A stretch of DNA of 64,000 nucleotides, from NCBI RefSeq assembly GCF_001194135.2, contig NC_068999.1, positions 33,036,931-33,100,930 of the forward strand. The letters run 5' to 3'. This stretch comes from Octopus bimaculoides (taxonomy: Eukaryota). Below, piece after piece: positions 1 to 15,201 of this stretch (positions are counted from its first letter, which is position 1; each line of letters starts with the position of its first letter). The translations under genes were made by a program, and so were the position numbers. The notes under the pieces are model-generated. The model worked only from the letters and a program-made list of their open reading frames with translations. It was not told the DNA's origin and searched no databases.

Positions 1-162
1 ATGATTATGCTGTACCAGTAATATACAGGGTTAAATAAATAAAAATTGATCTTACACATTGTAGAAACACAACATTAGAACACATTGGTTGATGTTATTA
101 GAACAATTACAATGATGTCTTGGCCAAAACAAAGCAATTTCTATTTAGTTTTCATGCTAGAG

Positions 163-357
163 CAGTGTTTCTTTATCATTTTTTACCTAAGGACCTCGTT
201 GATTCCTATTTTACTCAGATGGACCCTCCTAGCCATATTATTAGGAATTGTATTAAAAAATTTTTTAATATTTTGTGTGTTGTAGAAGTATAACCAATTT
301 ATTGTAGATAAATTTTAACAACAAAATCTTATATGGACCCCCCGTTGAGAACCACTG
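163..357. mobile_element. hAT-like MITE, copy 1
   Basis: Ends are cagtgtttct... and ...gttgagaaccactg. The internal sequence is shared with the copies at 33680 and 61401. Confidence 0.7.
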
Positions 358-796
358 AGTTAGAAAGTGTCAAGAATTAGATTTAAGAAAGTTTGGCTAC
401 TGTTTCTAGCAGGTTCAATGATCACTTCGAGGCTTCTCCACAATGATCATTATTGTTTCTTTTTTAAAGAGAATGCATTTATATACACACGTATATATCT
501 ATAAATATATGTATATGCATAATTGTGTATGTCTCTGTATGTGTGTATTTATATATCTATAAGTGAGTATATATTTCTGTTGAGGTTTACGTAGTACAAG
601 GCCTTGGTGTTTACCTATCTGTGTTTACGTGTGCACAGGCATATTTATGTATTTGGAGTAGATTCAGATAGAGAATTCCTGGAATGTTTAGCACATCTTA
701 AACTATTCCACTAATTGATATAATCTGTAGAATACTGTATTGTATTTACTTGAGAATTTCAGTATTTCTAGCTTACTGCATAAACAGATTGTTAAG

Positions 797-1283
797 AGTC
801 AAAGTGTATCACTGATAACTGGTATTAACTAGGATACAGTCTCAGTGTATAGCTCAATATACCGATAACTATCAGTGAAAGCTAGAACCATTAGTCGGGG
901 CATATAGCTCGGGTTGCCAATAACTGTAGATATTAGCTAGGACCAATAGTTAGGGTGTATAGCTCAGGGCACCAGTAACTGTAGATATGAACTAGGATTA
1001 TAGTCAGGATGCATAGCTCAGTATACCAATATCTATGAACTAGGACCTATAATGAGGCTGTATATAACTCAGTATACCACTAACTGTAAGTGAACTACAA
1101 CCTGTACTAAAGAGATGTAGTCAAGTACAGTAATGACAATATGAACTAAAATTTATAATCCGTGTATATAACTCAGTCTATTAATAGCTATGTCAGTAAG
1201 AACATATAATAAGGATGTATAATTCAGTACACTAATGATTGTAGGTGTGAACAAGTCTCAATAGTCATGGGATATATAGAGCT
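797..1283. repeat. Degenerate ~55-bp minisatellite, about 9 units
   Basis: Recurring taactgtagatatgaactaggac.atagt.agg.tgtatagctcagtatacca unit. Confidence 0.75.
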
Positions 1284-4200
1284 CATTCTCTCTTTCAAAG
1301 TCCGGTACCAATATTGGCCTTGCAAAAAAATTGAAGGATATACTTGTGTTATTGTACCTTTGCAAAGTCTGCTGAAATTCTTTTTCGTTATTCTTATTTA
1401 CACTAATTAATACCTACAACATTTCTTCACATACCACCGAGGAGGCCTCTCCATGGTTGCACAACCTGTTAGAAACAGCAGCCAAATCTTATTCCAATTG
1501 TACCCTAGCATCTTTAAAAAGGAAGAGACATTAAACTAGGTACACTTCCTGAACTAAAGAATAGTCACAGCTGCTCTATACTGTTATATTTCTGCTCATT
1601 CAGAAGCTCACCCAAGTTTAAAAACCTAGTCTTCATCACTTTAATAGTCCTCATAAATGTCATTGGTTTTACTCTCTGCCATTTTAGTCAGATCTGTAGT
1701 CCTGGTATGTCTCGTATGAAGCTGCTACAATGCTTGCCTTACCCTACAGTCCTTTTCATTCACTCACCCATTGCTAATCATATTGTTCATCCTGTAAATG
1801 AAATAGTTAAGTAGTCTGTATTGGCACTTATCCATGCAATATAGATGAGGAATGGAGCTACAAGCTTCTTTCCCAAGTTCATTCTGATAAGGTAAATGAT
1901 ACCACTAGCCAGTCCATTGGGATGTTGGTCACATATTACTTACTTGAAAGTAGTGGTGGTTGTGATGGTCAATTTAATAGACTGTGACTGACTTATTCTA
2001 TTTAGTAAATATCCCACCACCCAAATAGGGAGAGGTTTTAACTGTGTAGCCACCAAAGTTTATGCTGCTGTTGTCAACAAGCTAAAAGGAGAGTTTCTAC
2101 AGTACTGCTCAACCTCATAGAAATAGTAACTAAATCTCTCAAGTTCACAAGCACCATCTTTAAAACTAGAAGGTCATATGTCAAATAATGTAGTCTTAGT
2201 TAAAGACTGGGTAGTCATGTCTGGAATATTTTTTTGACTAGAGGTCTGGTTGACCTGGGGCTAAACAACAACTGCAAGTACCAGAGACTATCTGAACATA
2301 AGCAGCCAAAGCTTACACCTACATACACCCTCCCACACACACACACACCTACATACACCCCCACACACACACCTACACATTAATATGCATGCATAAGCAC
2401 ACACACACACATTCACATACACCCTTACACATGCAGCCTCTCCTTCCCCACCCATACAATATTATAAGCAACACTACAGCTATTTCACTGTCTGTTCATA
2501 ACAGCTGTTCACTTCTCACTGCAGCTAATCTGATTTATCTTGTCTTTTCTTCAATATCCATTATTGTTGTAATCCAGTTTAATCGCTACCATTATATCAT
2601 TAATCCTAATTAACTTTTTGGTTTTTCATAAATTCATCTATCATAATTGATACAATCACATTTTAGTCATGAAACAGCATTCCATTACTCCCACAGACCC
2701 CCACCCACTCACCATCATCCATCCTTCACTTTTGTCTTTTTATTTGTAGGTTTGTCTGTCTGTGTAGATGGGTAGGTGGGACAGTGTTTTGATTTAATTC
2801 TTTACGTCCTTTCCTCCAGACCAATTCAATAAAAATATGAAAAATAAATAAATTCCTAACTATACAAAGCCTCATTCACTTATGGAATTTGCCCAGCATA
2901 CCAACAGAATTTAGAACGATAATGTTCATATCTAGTTTGTGTGTGTGTGTGTGTGAAACATCTTCATTTTTTTTATATTTGTATTATTATTATTATTATT
3001 ACAGAGTACATTACCACACTGGTTTTCAGTCTTCTGCCTCTACAATTTTGGCATCTTTGTGTGTGTGTTTGAACAAAAAAATTAGTATAAAGAGTAGATG
3101 AGAATTGAACCCACATATTCTACTCTAGTGTTATATTATTAACAACATTATTCTGCTTCTGACTTGTGGCTTCCTCTCTGTATTCTATTTCTTGTATTCT
3201 TACATTACATCTTTCAATTTTATATTAGAGAAGGTAGCATATCAGTTTGTAATCTATTAGAACGCTTTTGTGGTAGACAGTTTGTGACTGTGGAATTGGT
3301 ATTGTTAATCTTGGATCTTCGTGTTCCTTTGATTAGTATGTGTACAGGTGAACTAACAATTGAAAATCAATTCGTGCCACTGGAGCCAATGACCCGAACG
3401 TATATTTAGAATATTTAGTCAAACAGCAAAAACAAAGATTTCAGATTAATGGATTGTACTTGAACCTGTACACTTGAATTAAATCTTCTAGTGAGTGTAA
3501 GTTGTATTACATCAGTTTATGTCTAATCCATTTACTTCTTACTGGTAAATCGATACTGTTTCTCTATAAGCTGCACTGATCAACATTGATCAGAATAAAT
3601 GTTAACTGCCATAACAAACCGAACCTTCACAAAGTATTCATCAAGCGCAAGGCATCATTTACAATTCATTAATCTCAGACTTATCTTTATTAAACTAATG
3701 TTTCAGCTATTTTTTTTTTTTCCTAAAAACATTCTTAGATATTAAACCTGAGAGTGCAAGAAGTTGTTATTGTCAAAAATCCTCAAAACTTGAGTTTTAC
3801 TCAATAGCTTCCTTATGAGAACCACATTTGGTCAAAAAGTTAAAGGTTCATATTCAGTTATCAGTACTGTGTGCTGTCTTTAAGGAGAAACTTAAGCTTT
3901 TTGTTTCCATATTTCTTTTAAAATAGACTGCTTTTATTTCAATAAATCTGGAAAATGAAGAATTAATGAAATAGTTTTGTCATAATTAAGCTGGTGTTTG
4001 GAACATAACCTGAAATTTTGATAAAAGGGTTAATGTTTCTTGGCTTAGTCAACCTTGCTGTAAATATATAGCATGCAGTCAGTAGGGTGTGGAGACACTG
4101 CAGAATGAAATACAGATTTTAATAGAATGAGGGCTTCTAACTGGATCTTTATTGAAGACATTCTAAGACAGCTGTCTTGATAATTTCCTGCTCTGAAAAA

Positions 4201-5239
4201 ATATTGGGCCATTGAATATTCCATGAAATAAATCAATGCTCATGTTGATTGACTTACATTAAGTTGTTGCAAGATAATAGAGGGATAGATGGATAAATAG
4301 ATAGATATAGATATGCACGTATGAATTTTGTAACAATGTAAGACAATCAACTAAAATGTTTGTGTTTGTGTGTCTATATGATTGTATGTCTGTGTGTAGG
4401 TATGTATTTACGTCTATGTGCAAGATGTGTGTGTGTGTGTGTGTGTATGTGCATCATAATTACCATTTTAATGTCCACTTTTCCATGCTTGCATGAGTCA
4501 GATGGAGCTTTTTGGGGGCTGATTTTCTACAGCCAGATGCCCTTCCTGTCACCAACCCTCACGTTTCCGAGCAAAGTAATATTTCCCCATGACAAGTTCT
4601 CATAGATTATTGAAAACTAATGATATTGCTTATTTGACTGACTCACATTTACAACTACAGCAGGATGTCAAGACAAAGAGACACAAACATACTCTCACTC
4701 ATCCCCTCTATATATGTATGTGTGTATGTATACATGTGTATTTGTGTGTGTACATATGCATCTGTATTTGTGTGTATATATGCATCTGTGTGTGGTGTAC
4801 ACAAGAAGTTATGGGTTAGTGAAGGAGAATAAAGACCGAAACAGAATCTGATTGCATAAAGCGGTGTCTATCATTAAATATCATGTTCTTCTAGAACATT
4901 TCTGATTACAATAAATGTGAGAAATAACCTGAAAGTATCCAGTAATTACTGACAGATTCTGTTCTAGGAATCAATAAATGAACTATGTTAATAAATAGAC
5001 AATTACATCAGTGAAAATATATTTAATGATTGGAAAATGAAATGAATCATGTATAGTTAATTTTAAAAATTTTGTTTTTCTTTTTGAGTTGTTAAATCTT
5101 TGTGGTCTATAATTAATTTTGGTTGTGTGTAAGGGCAGTGGATGGTAGAACTGGTAGAGTAACTGGCAGAATGGTTGTGTTGAACTGAAGACTCAGTAGG
5201 GTGACGGACAACACAGTGATGGTGAACAGAAGAATGAGT

Positions 5240-5775
5240 AGAGTGACAGTGGTGGATGCTACTGTACAGACTAAATGCTGGATGGTATAATTGCTTGTGT
5301 GTTAGATAATGTCTTAACCTTGCAGCATTGGCTGCAAACCCAGGTGTTACTGCCTGTAATGCAGAGGAGAGAAAAGTCAATAAGTATAATGGCCTGGCTG
5401 ACCAGCTGCTATCAGTTTTGTACCAGTCACTGTTGAGATGTCAGGTGTTCTGGAACCCCATACTACTACTTTCCTCTACAAAACAGAGATAATGGCAGTC
5501 CATCGGAGAAACAAGCCTCACAAGGTGGAATGGCTGCTGCAGGTAGGGTCCCTGGCTATTCTCTGCAGCAACGACATTGTGGCCATTATCATGAGTATTG
5601 CTGACCATACTATTTGTTCTGGGATATGTGGACCATCACCCCCCACATCTGCCACTATCTGTTGCTTTACTCCTCCATCATCAATTTGTCCCCTTTTCTC
5701 TTTTTTCCTTTCTTATCTCTCTTCCTTCCTGTTTGTTTGTATTTAAATGTTCTTATAAAATAAAGATATTGTATT
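5240..5775 (+). mobile_element. CRE-clade non-LTR retrotransposon 3' fragment (restriction-like endonuclease region)
   Basis: Frameshifted peptides NAEERKVNKY, FVPVTVEMSGVLEPHTTTFL and EWLLQVGSLAILCSN resemble the CRE C-terminus (AE..K..KY; F.P.A.ET.G; LQR.SLAI.RGN). AATAAA lies near 5759. Confidence 0.7.
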
Positions 5776-7175
5776 GAATTATATTGTTTTATGTTCTTGA
5801 GGATATGCTCTGATAGCACTTCATGTACTCTTTTTGATTTGTCCAAAGCTACATTATCTACTATATCCTTCTGAGAAAGATTTGGCTGTTGTTTCTAGTA
5901 GGTGGAATAACTCTGTAGAGGCTTTCTTGTTGTGGACCGCATTTTTCTGACTGGTGGTGAACTGTACTTCTCTATGGTACCTATCTACAGTTATTTGGTC
6001 TTTTAGTCTTTTATTTGGAATACAGCAGCACATTGTAACCAACCAAACAACCAACCAATTGAAAAACAACTGAGTTAACAAGTGCAATTCTGTATTGAGT
6101 AGTGACTAATTGTATTGTAGGTTCCATTGTTGTCTGACTTGGTCTCTCTTTCTCTCTCTATCTCTCTCTCTCTCTCTCTCTTTGCCTTGCTCCTGTGTTG
6201 TAGTAGCATTCATTCTTCAACCCTTGCTGTCTACATATTTTATTAACTATATACACTGAATCAACCAATTTAACTAAATGACATTTGAAGCATTATAGAA
6301 TGAAATATTGTCCCTCCCCCTCCTTTTGTTGTCTCTGTTCCCCCTCTGTCACAGTTTTTGTTTTCTCTCTTTCTCTTTCCTCCTCCTACAATTGTGCAGC
6401 TTTTTACTTCTCCACCTGTCTAACACCACCATCCCTGTCCATCTTCCTCCTTTTGCCACAGCCACTGCCACTACCATAAACACCTCTGCAGTTACAGGCT
6501 GTAGTAGGATGTGGGGTATGGTACTTATTGTATCTATCTTCTTTAGAATTGATTGATTGATCCATCCTCTATAAACAACCAGCTGTGATTTAGCTGGGCT
6601 TTTACTGTATCTTCAGACATGAATGACTGCTCCAGTTGAGGTGAACACCATCCCCACCATTCAGTGCACACACACACACACACACACACACAGCTTCAGA
6701 CATATCCACAGATGAACACATTTCTACACTCACATACCTACACAGTGTACATTTGTCATGTCTTACTTTCAGATGCCCCCCCCTCTCTCTAACACATACA
6801 CACTCACTCACTCTCTCACTCCAGTACACCTCACCCCTCTTCTGTGAGACCACAACTCGCATATCATCCAGAAGTCACCATCATTCAATATATTTATTTG
6901 CCATGTTTGGACTACCACTATCTCCACAACACTTAATGACACTATCATTGTTCCTACCACAAACATATAAAAGGCCACTGCAGCTATTACCACTATCACC
7001 ACTACTACCACAACCACTATTACAATCTCCTTAATATCCAATTTTTGTGGTTATTATTTGATTAATATTCCAATTTCGGTTGTTATTCCGTTAAGTATTC
7101 ACATGACTGGTGTTAGTGTGTATATTCATACAACTGTTTTGAATACCTGTATATATGATTGTGTGTGTATATACT

Positions 7176-7458
7176 GGCTGTGTAGTTCCGGGTTCAGTCC
7201 CACTGTGTGGCACCTTGGGCGAGTGGAAACTGAAAGAAGCCTGTTATACGTATATGTTTGTGTGTTTGTTTGTTCCCCCAACATTGCTTGACAACTGATG
7301 CTGATGTGTTTACATCCCCATAACTTAGCGGTTCAGCAAAAGAGACCATTAGAATAAGTACAAGGCTTATAAAGAATAAGTCCTAGGGTCGATTTGCTAG
7401 ACTAAAGGTGGTGCTCCAGCATGGCCGCAGTCAAATGACAAACAAATAAAAGAATAAA
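7176..7458 (+). mobile_element. tRNA-derived SINE family A, internally deleted
   Basis: Colinear with the full copy at 38820 (gggttcagtcccactg...ggtgctccagcatggccgcagtcaaatgac). Confidence 0.85.
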
Positions 7459-8322
7459 TGTATATGGTGGTATTTTACTTGGAAGAATTGAAGAGGAGGT
7501 AATTAAGCAACAAGATGTTATGTTACCACTTGAAACAGATGTATTAAATGCATTCAAAATATCAGTAATTGGTTTGGGGATTATTCTAACACACACACAC
7601 ACACACGCACATTATTATTTATATATTTATTGTTGTGCCTTGGGAGAGTCATTACGCCAATAATAATGATGCATGCACAGGTTCAATTCCACTTCTTTAT
7701 TTTAGTCAATTGGTTAAATATCTAAGCAACTAACTAATTGATTATTTGTATAACCAGCACATAAAACAAACGATCAATTAGTTAGTTGGATAGATACTTA
7801 ACCAATTGACTAACATGAAAGAAGTAGAAATGTACCTGTGCATGTGTTGTTATTGGTGTAATGACCCTCCCAAGACACAATAAAATTTGTTTCAACCCAC
7901 TAATTCACATTGAGAATCTTGCAAACCAAATACAAAACCAATATAGTTATTTGCAGTTGTCCAGTGAATCTTTCACTGGTGTTCTGTATTTCTGCTGGTG
8001 AAAATGTCAAGAGATTGTCTGGCCAACTTTGTGCAGAGCAGACACTGCACAGGTCAAAGCACTGTTTCTTTCTTCAACATTGTTTCAGTGTTTTACTGAT
8101 ATTCATCAGCAAGACTTACACATACATATATGCTTGTTGCCAATATGCATCAGCAAAGCGTAAAAGAAAATATGAGAGAATGAGATGACAAAGGAAAAAA
8201 TGATTATCTTATTAACTTCATTAGCTTACAGTTGTTTCTGCTATAAGATGCAGTCAGGTTCATAGTTGATTGCCTGAGTAACAACTTATAGTTTAATCAG
8301 GGCTTCAATCAAAAGACAAATA

Positions 8323-8691
8323 GTGCTGGCAAAATTTGCATTCTCTAAATTGTATAACGTCTTGAGAAACTTTATTCTTAGTGTCAAGACCAAGATTCAT
8401 ATATCTAACTGCTATGTCTACTTTGTGTTAATGTATAGAAGTGTGGCATGGTCTGTAACATCGAAAATGGGGAGGTGCTCGGAGAGTTGTGAAGTGTGGT
8501 TCTTAAAGAGAATATTGGACAAAGTGTCAAATGAAGGAGTGATGACCTGGGCTACAGTAAACAGGAAACTGCTTCGTAATATAAGGACCAAGCAACCGAG
8601 ATATTTTGGTCATGTGGTGAGGAAAGAGGGTCTAGAGAATTTAATGATGACCAGAAAGATTGAAGGGAAAGGGAGCAGAGAAAGAGAATGA
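8323..8691 (+). mobile_element. RTE-clade LINE reverse transcriptase C-terminal remnant
   Basis: The ORF contains EVWFLKRIL..DKVSNE..V...RKLLRNIRTKQPRYFGHVVRKEGLENLMMTRKIEGKGSRER, a typical RTE C-terminus. Confidence 0.85.
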
Positions 8692-9086
8692 TGTTATATA
8701 TATAACATGATTGATATATATATATATATATATATATATTATGGTATCATCCAGACTGTTACACTCCACTGGTCACTATGCACTTTCAAATAATGCTACT
8801 CTACTAGATAGGCAAACAAGCTAATTTTGTGTGTGTGTGTGTGTGTGTGTGTAAATACACACATACAGTGGTTTCCTGCAAAGTTTCTGTCTGCAAAATT
8901 CTAGTCAAAGGCATCAATCAACCTGAAATGAAGGTTGAAGACAGGAGCTATTGCAAGAACTTTGGTTAGGCCACACTTCTTGCAATGGAATCAATCACAA
9001 AAATTCTGTGGTTTTAAAGTGAACTTTTAATTACATACATACAGGCCAGTTGTGCTCTCAAGTGCAATTAGTTCAACTTTTAATAC

Positions 9087-9117
<31 letters not shown>

Positions 9118-11129
9118 GGTTAAAAGTTCAACTATATATGATGTTAATAATAATCTCACATACACACACACCAATCATCTTACCCATTTCCATCAGTTCA
9201 AGTTTGAAATTCATTTCATAAAACAAATTCTTATATTTGTAAATCAGTTCTTTGGTTGTTGTTGTTGTTGTTGTTGTTGGTGGTGGTGTGTGTGTGTGTG
9301 TGCAATTTCATATTTTGTCTTTGAAACTTTATATTTTTATCACCATCAGTAAAACTATCTTTCATTTAAAATTTTTCACTTTAGTCTTTATTTTTATTTA
9401 TCTCTTCCACTTCTTTCCCCCCCCCCCTCACCTCCTTCAAAATGACATAGATTCTAATGGCATTTCTGAAAAATGTTCAAAATCAATTTTTAAGAACATT
9501 ATTATTATTTATCATTATTTAAAGTCAGAGTCAAAATCATCATTATTAATGTAGTGTTTTAAACGTCTTGTTAATGAACATAGTCCATTGTTTGAGGCAA
9601 GTGTCACAACAACAATAACAACAACAATAGCATTAATAACAACATAGCAACATCTACTCTATTTCTGCTCCAGGAATATTCCACCTCGCTTCACTCACTC
9701 TTCATTTATTAATTAGTTCAATGAAAGAAGAAAAAATAAACTGATGTAGTTTGTTTTTCTGGTTTTTCCCTTCCATATTATTTGTATGTATGTTAACTTT
9801 TGTGCTTGTGTGTGTATAATGCTTGAATGCTTCTTGCATATGTATGTGTACAAGTATGTTTATGATGTGTGTCTGTATAGTTTTGTTTGTATGTATAATT
9901 TTGCATTTGAGTAGTTTTGTGTGTGTGTAGTTGCATGTATGCGGTTATTTGCAGTTCTATGTAAATGTTGATGTGTGTACGCCATGATTTGTGATTCTGT
10001 GTATATGCTGGTGTATGCATAGTGATGTGGTATCGCTCTGCATTATCTGTTAAGATGGTTTCAAGACATTTGAAATTCCAAAACAATTGGCCAAGTGATG
10101 CCATCAAAAAAGAAAAAAAGAATCCTCAAATTTTTTCCTTCCTTTCACTGACATTTTGCTGGAGCTTTTCAATTTACAAAATTACTTGTTTCATTTAGTT
10201 AGCTTTACTGTTGTTGTGAACTTTGCTTCATAATTTGTATAATTTGTCGAACATTAATTAAACAAGGCAATATTATTAGTTCTATTAATTCGATCTTTGA
10301 TGTCCTCCTTCGTTTACCTCACTAATCTTTCACATCAACTGTTCATAGAATTCATTTTCTGTTCATTTTCCACCATCATAATTAGTAGAATCCCTAATTA
10401 CCAAATATTTGTTTGATGGGGACCAAACTTTTCATTCTAGATCGTTGTCCTAGCTTCACCAAGTTATCTGGTTCCTGAAATCAAAATACATTAGCTCTGA
10501 TTAATACAGTAGGGTGAATTCTACCACCACAGCATTCTAGTGACACATACACAAAGTTGTGGTGATGCTGTTGTAAAGGGTTTAACACAGGTTTGAATTA
10601 TACAGTCAGTTGCATTTGTGGTACCTAGTTGTAGTTGCACTGTAACAGATGTAAGTAATGTGACACAAGTTAGAATTCCTATTTTTACTTCTTCATTCTG
10701 CCATTAATGGAATTATTTGACAATTAACTGCCAAACGAAGTTTGTTTATTGATTTGATTTTGTTTAAAATTCTATGCTCTGTTTGGTTCTGGGATATAAA
10801 CACAAGGGAGTTCTGCAACTAGTCTCTATATTGTCTCAGAGAACTAGCTAACCAAAATATATCTCACTGTACGACAGGACTGCTTCAATAGGACATTCAC
10901 CCAGCTTCACCAATGTTAGGTTCCTATTGCAAACAAGAAAGATAGCTTGTCTAGGAATGAACATTTACTTCACATCTCTTCTCCTTCCATTACACCAAGT
11001 CAAGTCTGTTATTACATCATGTAATATATTTTCTGCTTTTGATGAAATCTTATGAAGCCAATATTGGAAGCTAGGTTTCTCAGTAATGTTGTTTCTTTGT
11101 GTGTGTCCATATATACATGTGGATATGTT

Positions 11130-11177
<48 letters not shown>

Positions 11178-11644
11178 TATACATATCAATGTATTTATGC
11201 ATGTGTGTGTGCATGTGTGTTTATGAATTTGTGATGCAAGATTCCTAATGTGAAGTTGTGTTGAAACAGATATTGTTGTATTTCAGGATGGTCTTTTTTT
11301 TTTTTTTGCCAAATAAACACACACACACACACTATATATTCAGTCTTCACTTGTTTGTTACTGTTCTTATTTTGACTTGTGTCCTCTGTCCATAAATCTT
11401 TCATCACACATCTGTGACCTCTTCAGCAATACTTTCTGTGTGTGCTCTTGCTCTGCTTATTCCATTTTGTTAAGCAGAGCAAGAGCACAAGTGAAGACGG
11501 AAAGTATCGCTGAGAAGGTCACAGATGTGTGACGAAAGATTTCCAGGCAATAGACATGAGTTAGAATAAGAACAGTAATAAATGAGTAAAGAATGAATAT
11601 ATAATACATTTTGTGCAAAAAAAAAAAAAGACTCCCGAAATACA

Positions 11645-11675
<31 letters not shown>

Positions 11676-14600
11676 AAAAATGGTGTGGCAATGTCAAAGT
11701 TTATTGCAAAGTCCCCTCCTGAAGTATCATTGCCTTTGCATAGTCTAACAAGATCTCAGATCCTTAATCCTCATTTTACTATGGAAAGAACTATGTGAGA
11801 CTTAACTGAAATCTATGAAATGACTTTCTAAGAAATATATTTAAACACATGAATTAAGCTCCTGTTTTTCAGGGTACCATAGTTTTAGATAACAATTGTT
11901 GGCCTTAACAAGTATTTTTATAATCTAGAGGTCATAAATAACTTTGATGTCAATGTCTATTATTGAGTGGAGACACAAATTCCAGTAAAAGCTTACTAAG
12001 AAAAATAGTAATTCTCTAATTTCACCCATCTCCACCCATTAAATCAGGTTAAGAGTGGCTGGTTTAAAGGAAGTCACGCAAGCCAGTAAAGCCTTCATCA
12101 CCCCTATTCCAAGGGACACTTAATAGCAGGACCTAAACTCCACACTATCAGCTAAAAAAAATTCCTGTTCTTACCACATCCTGTAGTATTAAGCTACTCT
12201 TTCACTGTGCTATTCGAATATAAAGTATTACAACCAACATTTCATTATTCTATCACTTCAATCAGCTGTGACTATTTCTACTGAATCCATTTGAGGTAAC
12301 ATTGATGAATCTATTAAAAGGCTTGTCTAACTAATAATTCTTATGTGGATTTATCATTACCAACACTGATTAATTATTACCACCACCAGTTTCCCTATAT
12401 TCTGGATTTTCCATATTTACTAAAATATCTTAATGAATATTTTAACAGCTGTAAAAGTATATTGATGACTTGGCAGCTAAACTTTGGATTTTAATGGATA
12501 TTTAAATTTAGGAGACATTATACTATTATATCATCCACTTTTCTCTATTGTTATATTCTTCACATAAATAACACACTGTATTCTTACTTCCCACTATATG
12601 TATATCTCCCTAGCTCCCACTACATCCTTGCTGTCTCCCCATTTTTCATCCCTCTATTGTTATACACTATAATTATCATCATAACTATCTTGACTGTCAC
12701 AACTCCCAGTGTCATGTATTTTGAGTGCCACCTCCCCTTCTACTAATACAGTTACTAATACATTACTTCACATACCGCTTGGCAGGTAACCCCACACAAT
12801 GTGTATGTGTACATGTAACATATATCACTGTGACCTCATGACCTTGTTTTTTTTATATAACATCAGTCTTGTTGTTATGTCATGTCTACCACACCTAATT
12901 TTCTGCTAGTTTCCAAAACTCACAAGCTTAACTTACTAGAAATAGTAGCAAATTCGCACTCAAATCTCACCCTATTGTCTTGAAGATACATTGAAGAATT
13001 TATTCCTAGACATCCTTAAAAAGACAAGATAGTCATGGCTGGAATACCATACATTGTGGTCTGCTTGATCAGCTGAGGTTTACTTGTTGCTAAATGACAC
13101 CAGCCAAGATAGTGGAGTGCTTGAAGATACTTTTCATAAGAATGAAGGTACCTGAACATTCTTACCGTAGGAATGATTTACTTTTCGTCTCAATATTATT
13201 TATTGAAACTGGTGTTACACTGGCATATAGCCCTCCTCTTTCATGCAATAGAAACTGGTGTTATGTACAGCGTTCCTACAATCCACCGTTTTCATATCAT
13301 AGGAACTAGTTCTACTAGCCTATAGACCAATCTACATGTTTATAAAAGAGTCAACTTTTCTCAGATTTCTGTAGCACACATTTACCAAATGAATGCCACA
13401 ACATCTCGTAGATGTCCCATTCTTTAAGGATCAGTTAAATTGTAAATATCTGTGACACCTTTCTAACATGTCATCAATATTATCATCATTGCCGCTAACT
13501 GTGCTTCATTTACTGTGTCAAGTTCCTGCTGTGAAACAAAATCACTACCTTGTTGGTGGTGGTGTTGTTAATGTACCATCACATAATACTTTTATGGCAT
13601 GACACATTTCCTGTGACATTGTCAATATTTCACTTACACTAGTCAGGTATGTAATATTATTCTCTCTCACACACACATGTATATTCATACAAATGTAAGA
13701 TAAACTTAAAAGTATGTAATTTAAGTCAAAATTAATTTTATCCTCCCCATGAAAAGTCTAAACTGTGGTTAAACCATGTTTTTTTTGTTTTTTTATATAT
13801 CTCCATGACCAGAAACAGCCATATTTCTAAGTTTCAGTGTTTTTATTGCTTCATCAGTCAATTGTAATTGCTTTCCAATTAAAAAATTGACAATGCCAAG
13901 TAATACAATTATTATATGCTAAAATACAAGTAACAATGATTAGGTGGACTGTCATTGAATGTTAGATTACTTTTAACATTACCGCTACCACCACATCCAA
14001 TCTGTACCACTACCACAGCACAAAGATAAAGCTTTTTAAACTTATTCTTACAATGACAACTTTATTTCATTATTTCTTGCTTTTCTGATTTCTTTGAACA
14101 TTTGTTTCTTTTCTTTTTCTGTCTGTGATCTCTTGGCTATTCACTTAATTCTTCCTCCCCCCACCAATGCTGAGTTAGATACTTGTGTGTGCGTGCGTGC
14201 ATGTACATAACTAGGTTTGTTGATTATAATCATAGTAGTATTTAATTGTGTGTACTCGCTGCAGACCAAAACCATCAGAAATAGGTTGTCAACCCCATAT
14301 CCGTTCAAGCTGAACTAACCACAAATGTGTGAAGGTGTGTAGGTTGTTGATGTGTTTGTAGTTTTAAGGTGAGGTTTATGTATCCGTTTGTGTTAGGGTC
14401 AGTCTGTATTCGTTCTCAAAGGGACACAGCAGCCAAGGCAGAAGATGAGGCAGTGTTCTTTTTGATAGTAAGAAACGGAAAAACTGAGAGATGGGGAAAA
14501 CTGTGTGCAGCTTACTACTGACTTGAAGTGGTCCCCTACTGATGATGTGTTGTTGTTTAGGCTGAAGTCAGATAAATGTTCAGTGTAGTGATCCACTAAC

Positions 14601-14981
14601 CTATGGTTATATTTTGTTTTGATTTTTCCAAAACTATGTGACCACAGAATTGACACCTGCACCTCAAACATACATAAAATAATGAAGAATTAGAGTGTGT
14701 GATAAGTGAACATGGAGGATTATTAGAATGTGGTTAAGAGTACCTGTGATAAAATATATTTAACATTTTGAAGTCTAATATAATGTTGGCCAACTATGAG
14801 ACAAATACCAAAGAAAATGCTTCTTTATGTAAAGTAAAAATGGCTCAAATGAAACACAGCATTCCAACCTGTAAAAACTATCAAAATTAAGAACATGTTA
14901 CTTACAATTGGCCAGAAATGATGTTAAGGACAGTGATATGCAGGAACAGAAAGTCTATTTTGAGCTGATCCCATTGTTTAA

Positions 14982-15201
14982 CTCTTTTAGCATTTAATCC
15001 AGCCATATCCAGCTCAAATATTCTACCTGTTTTATGTTAAAACTGACCAGATCCAACCTCTTGTACATATTCTACAATGTCATTCTAAAAATATACAAAC
15101 ATGCCATTGAAATCTCAAAGCTATGAGATAATGCATGAACGATTCAAAGTATGTGAATAAATAAGCATTACATTTGACAAAGAAATCTAAATGCTAAAGG
15201 G
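14982..15201. mobile_element. piggyBac-type MITE
   Basis: TTAA on both sides (14978-14981 and 15202-15205). TIR ctcttttagcattta / taaatgctaaaggg. Related copies at 25504-25724 (inverted) and ~42873-43069. Confidence 0.75.

Noticed and set aside
3348-3399. Possible exon xELTIENQFVPLEPMTR after tgtacag
   Set aside because: No similarity to the expected PDZ3 sequence, and the only nearby GT gives phase 2, incompatible with the phase-1 exon at 15885.
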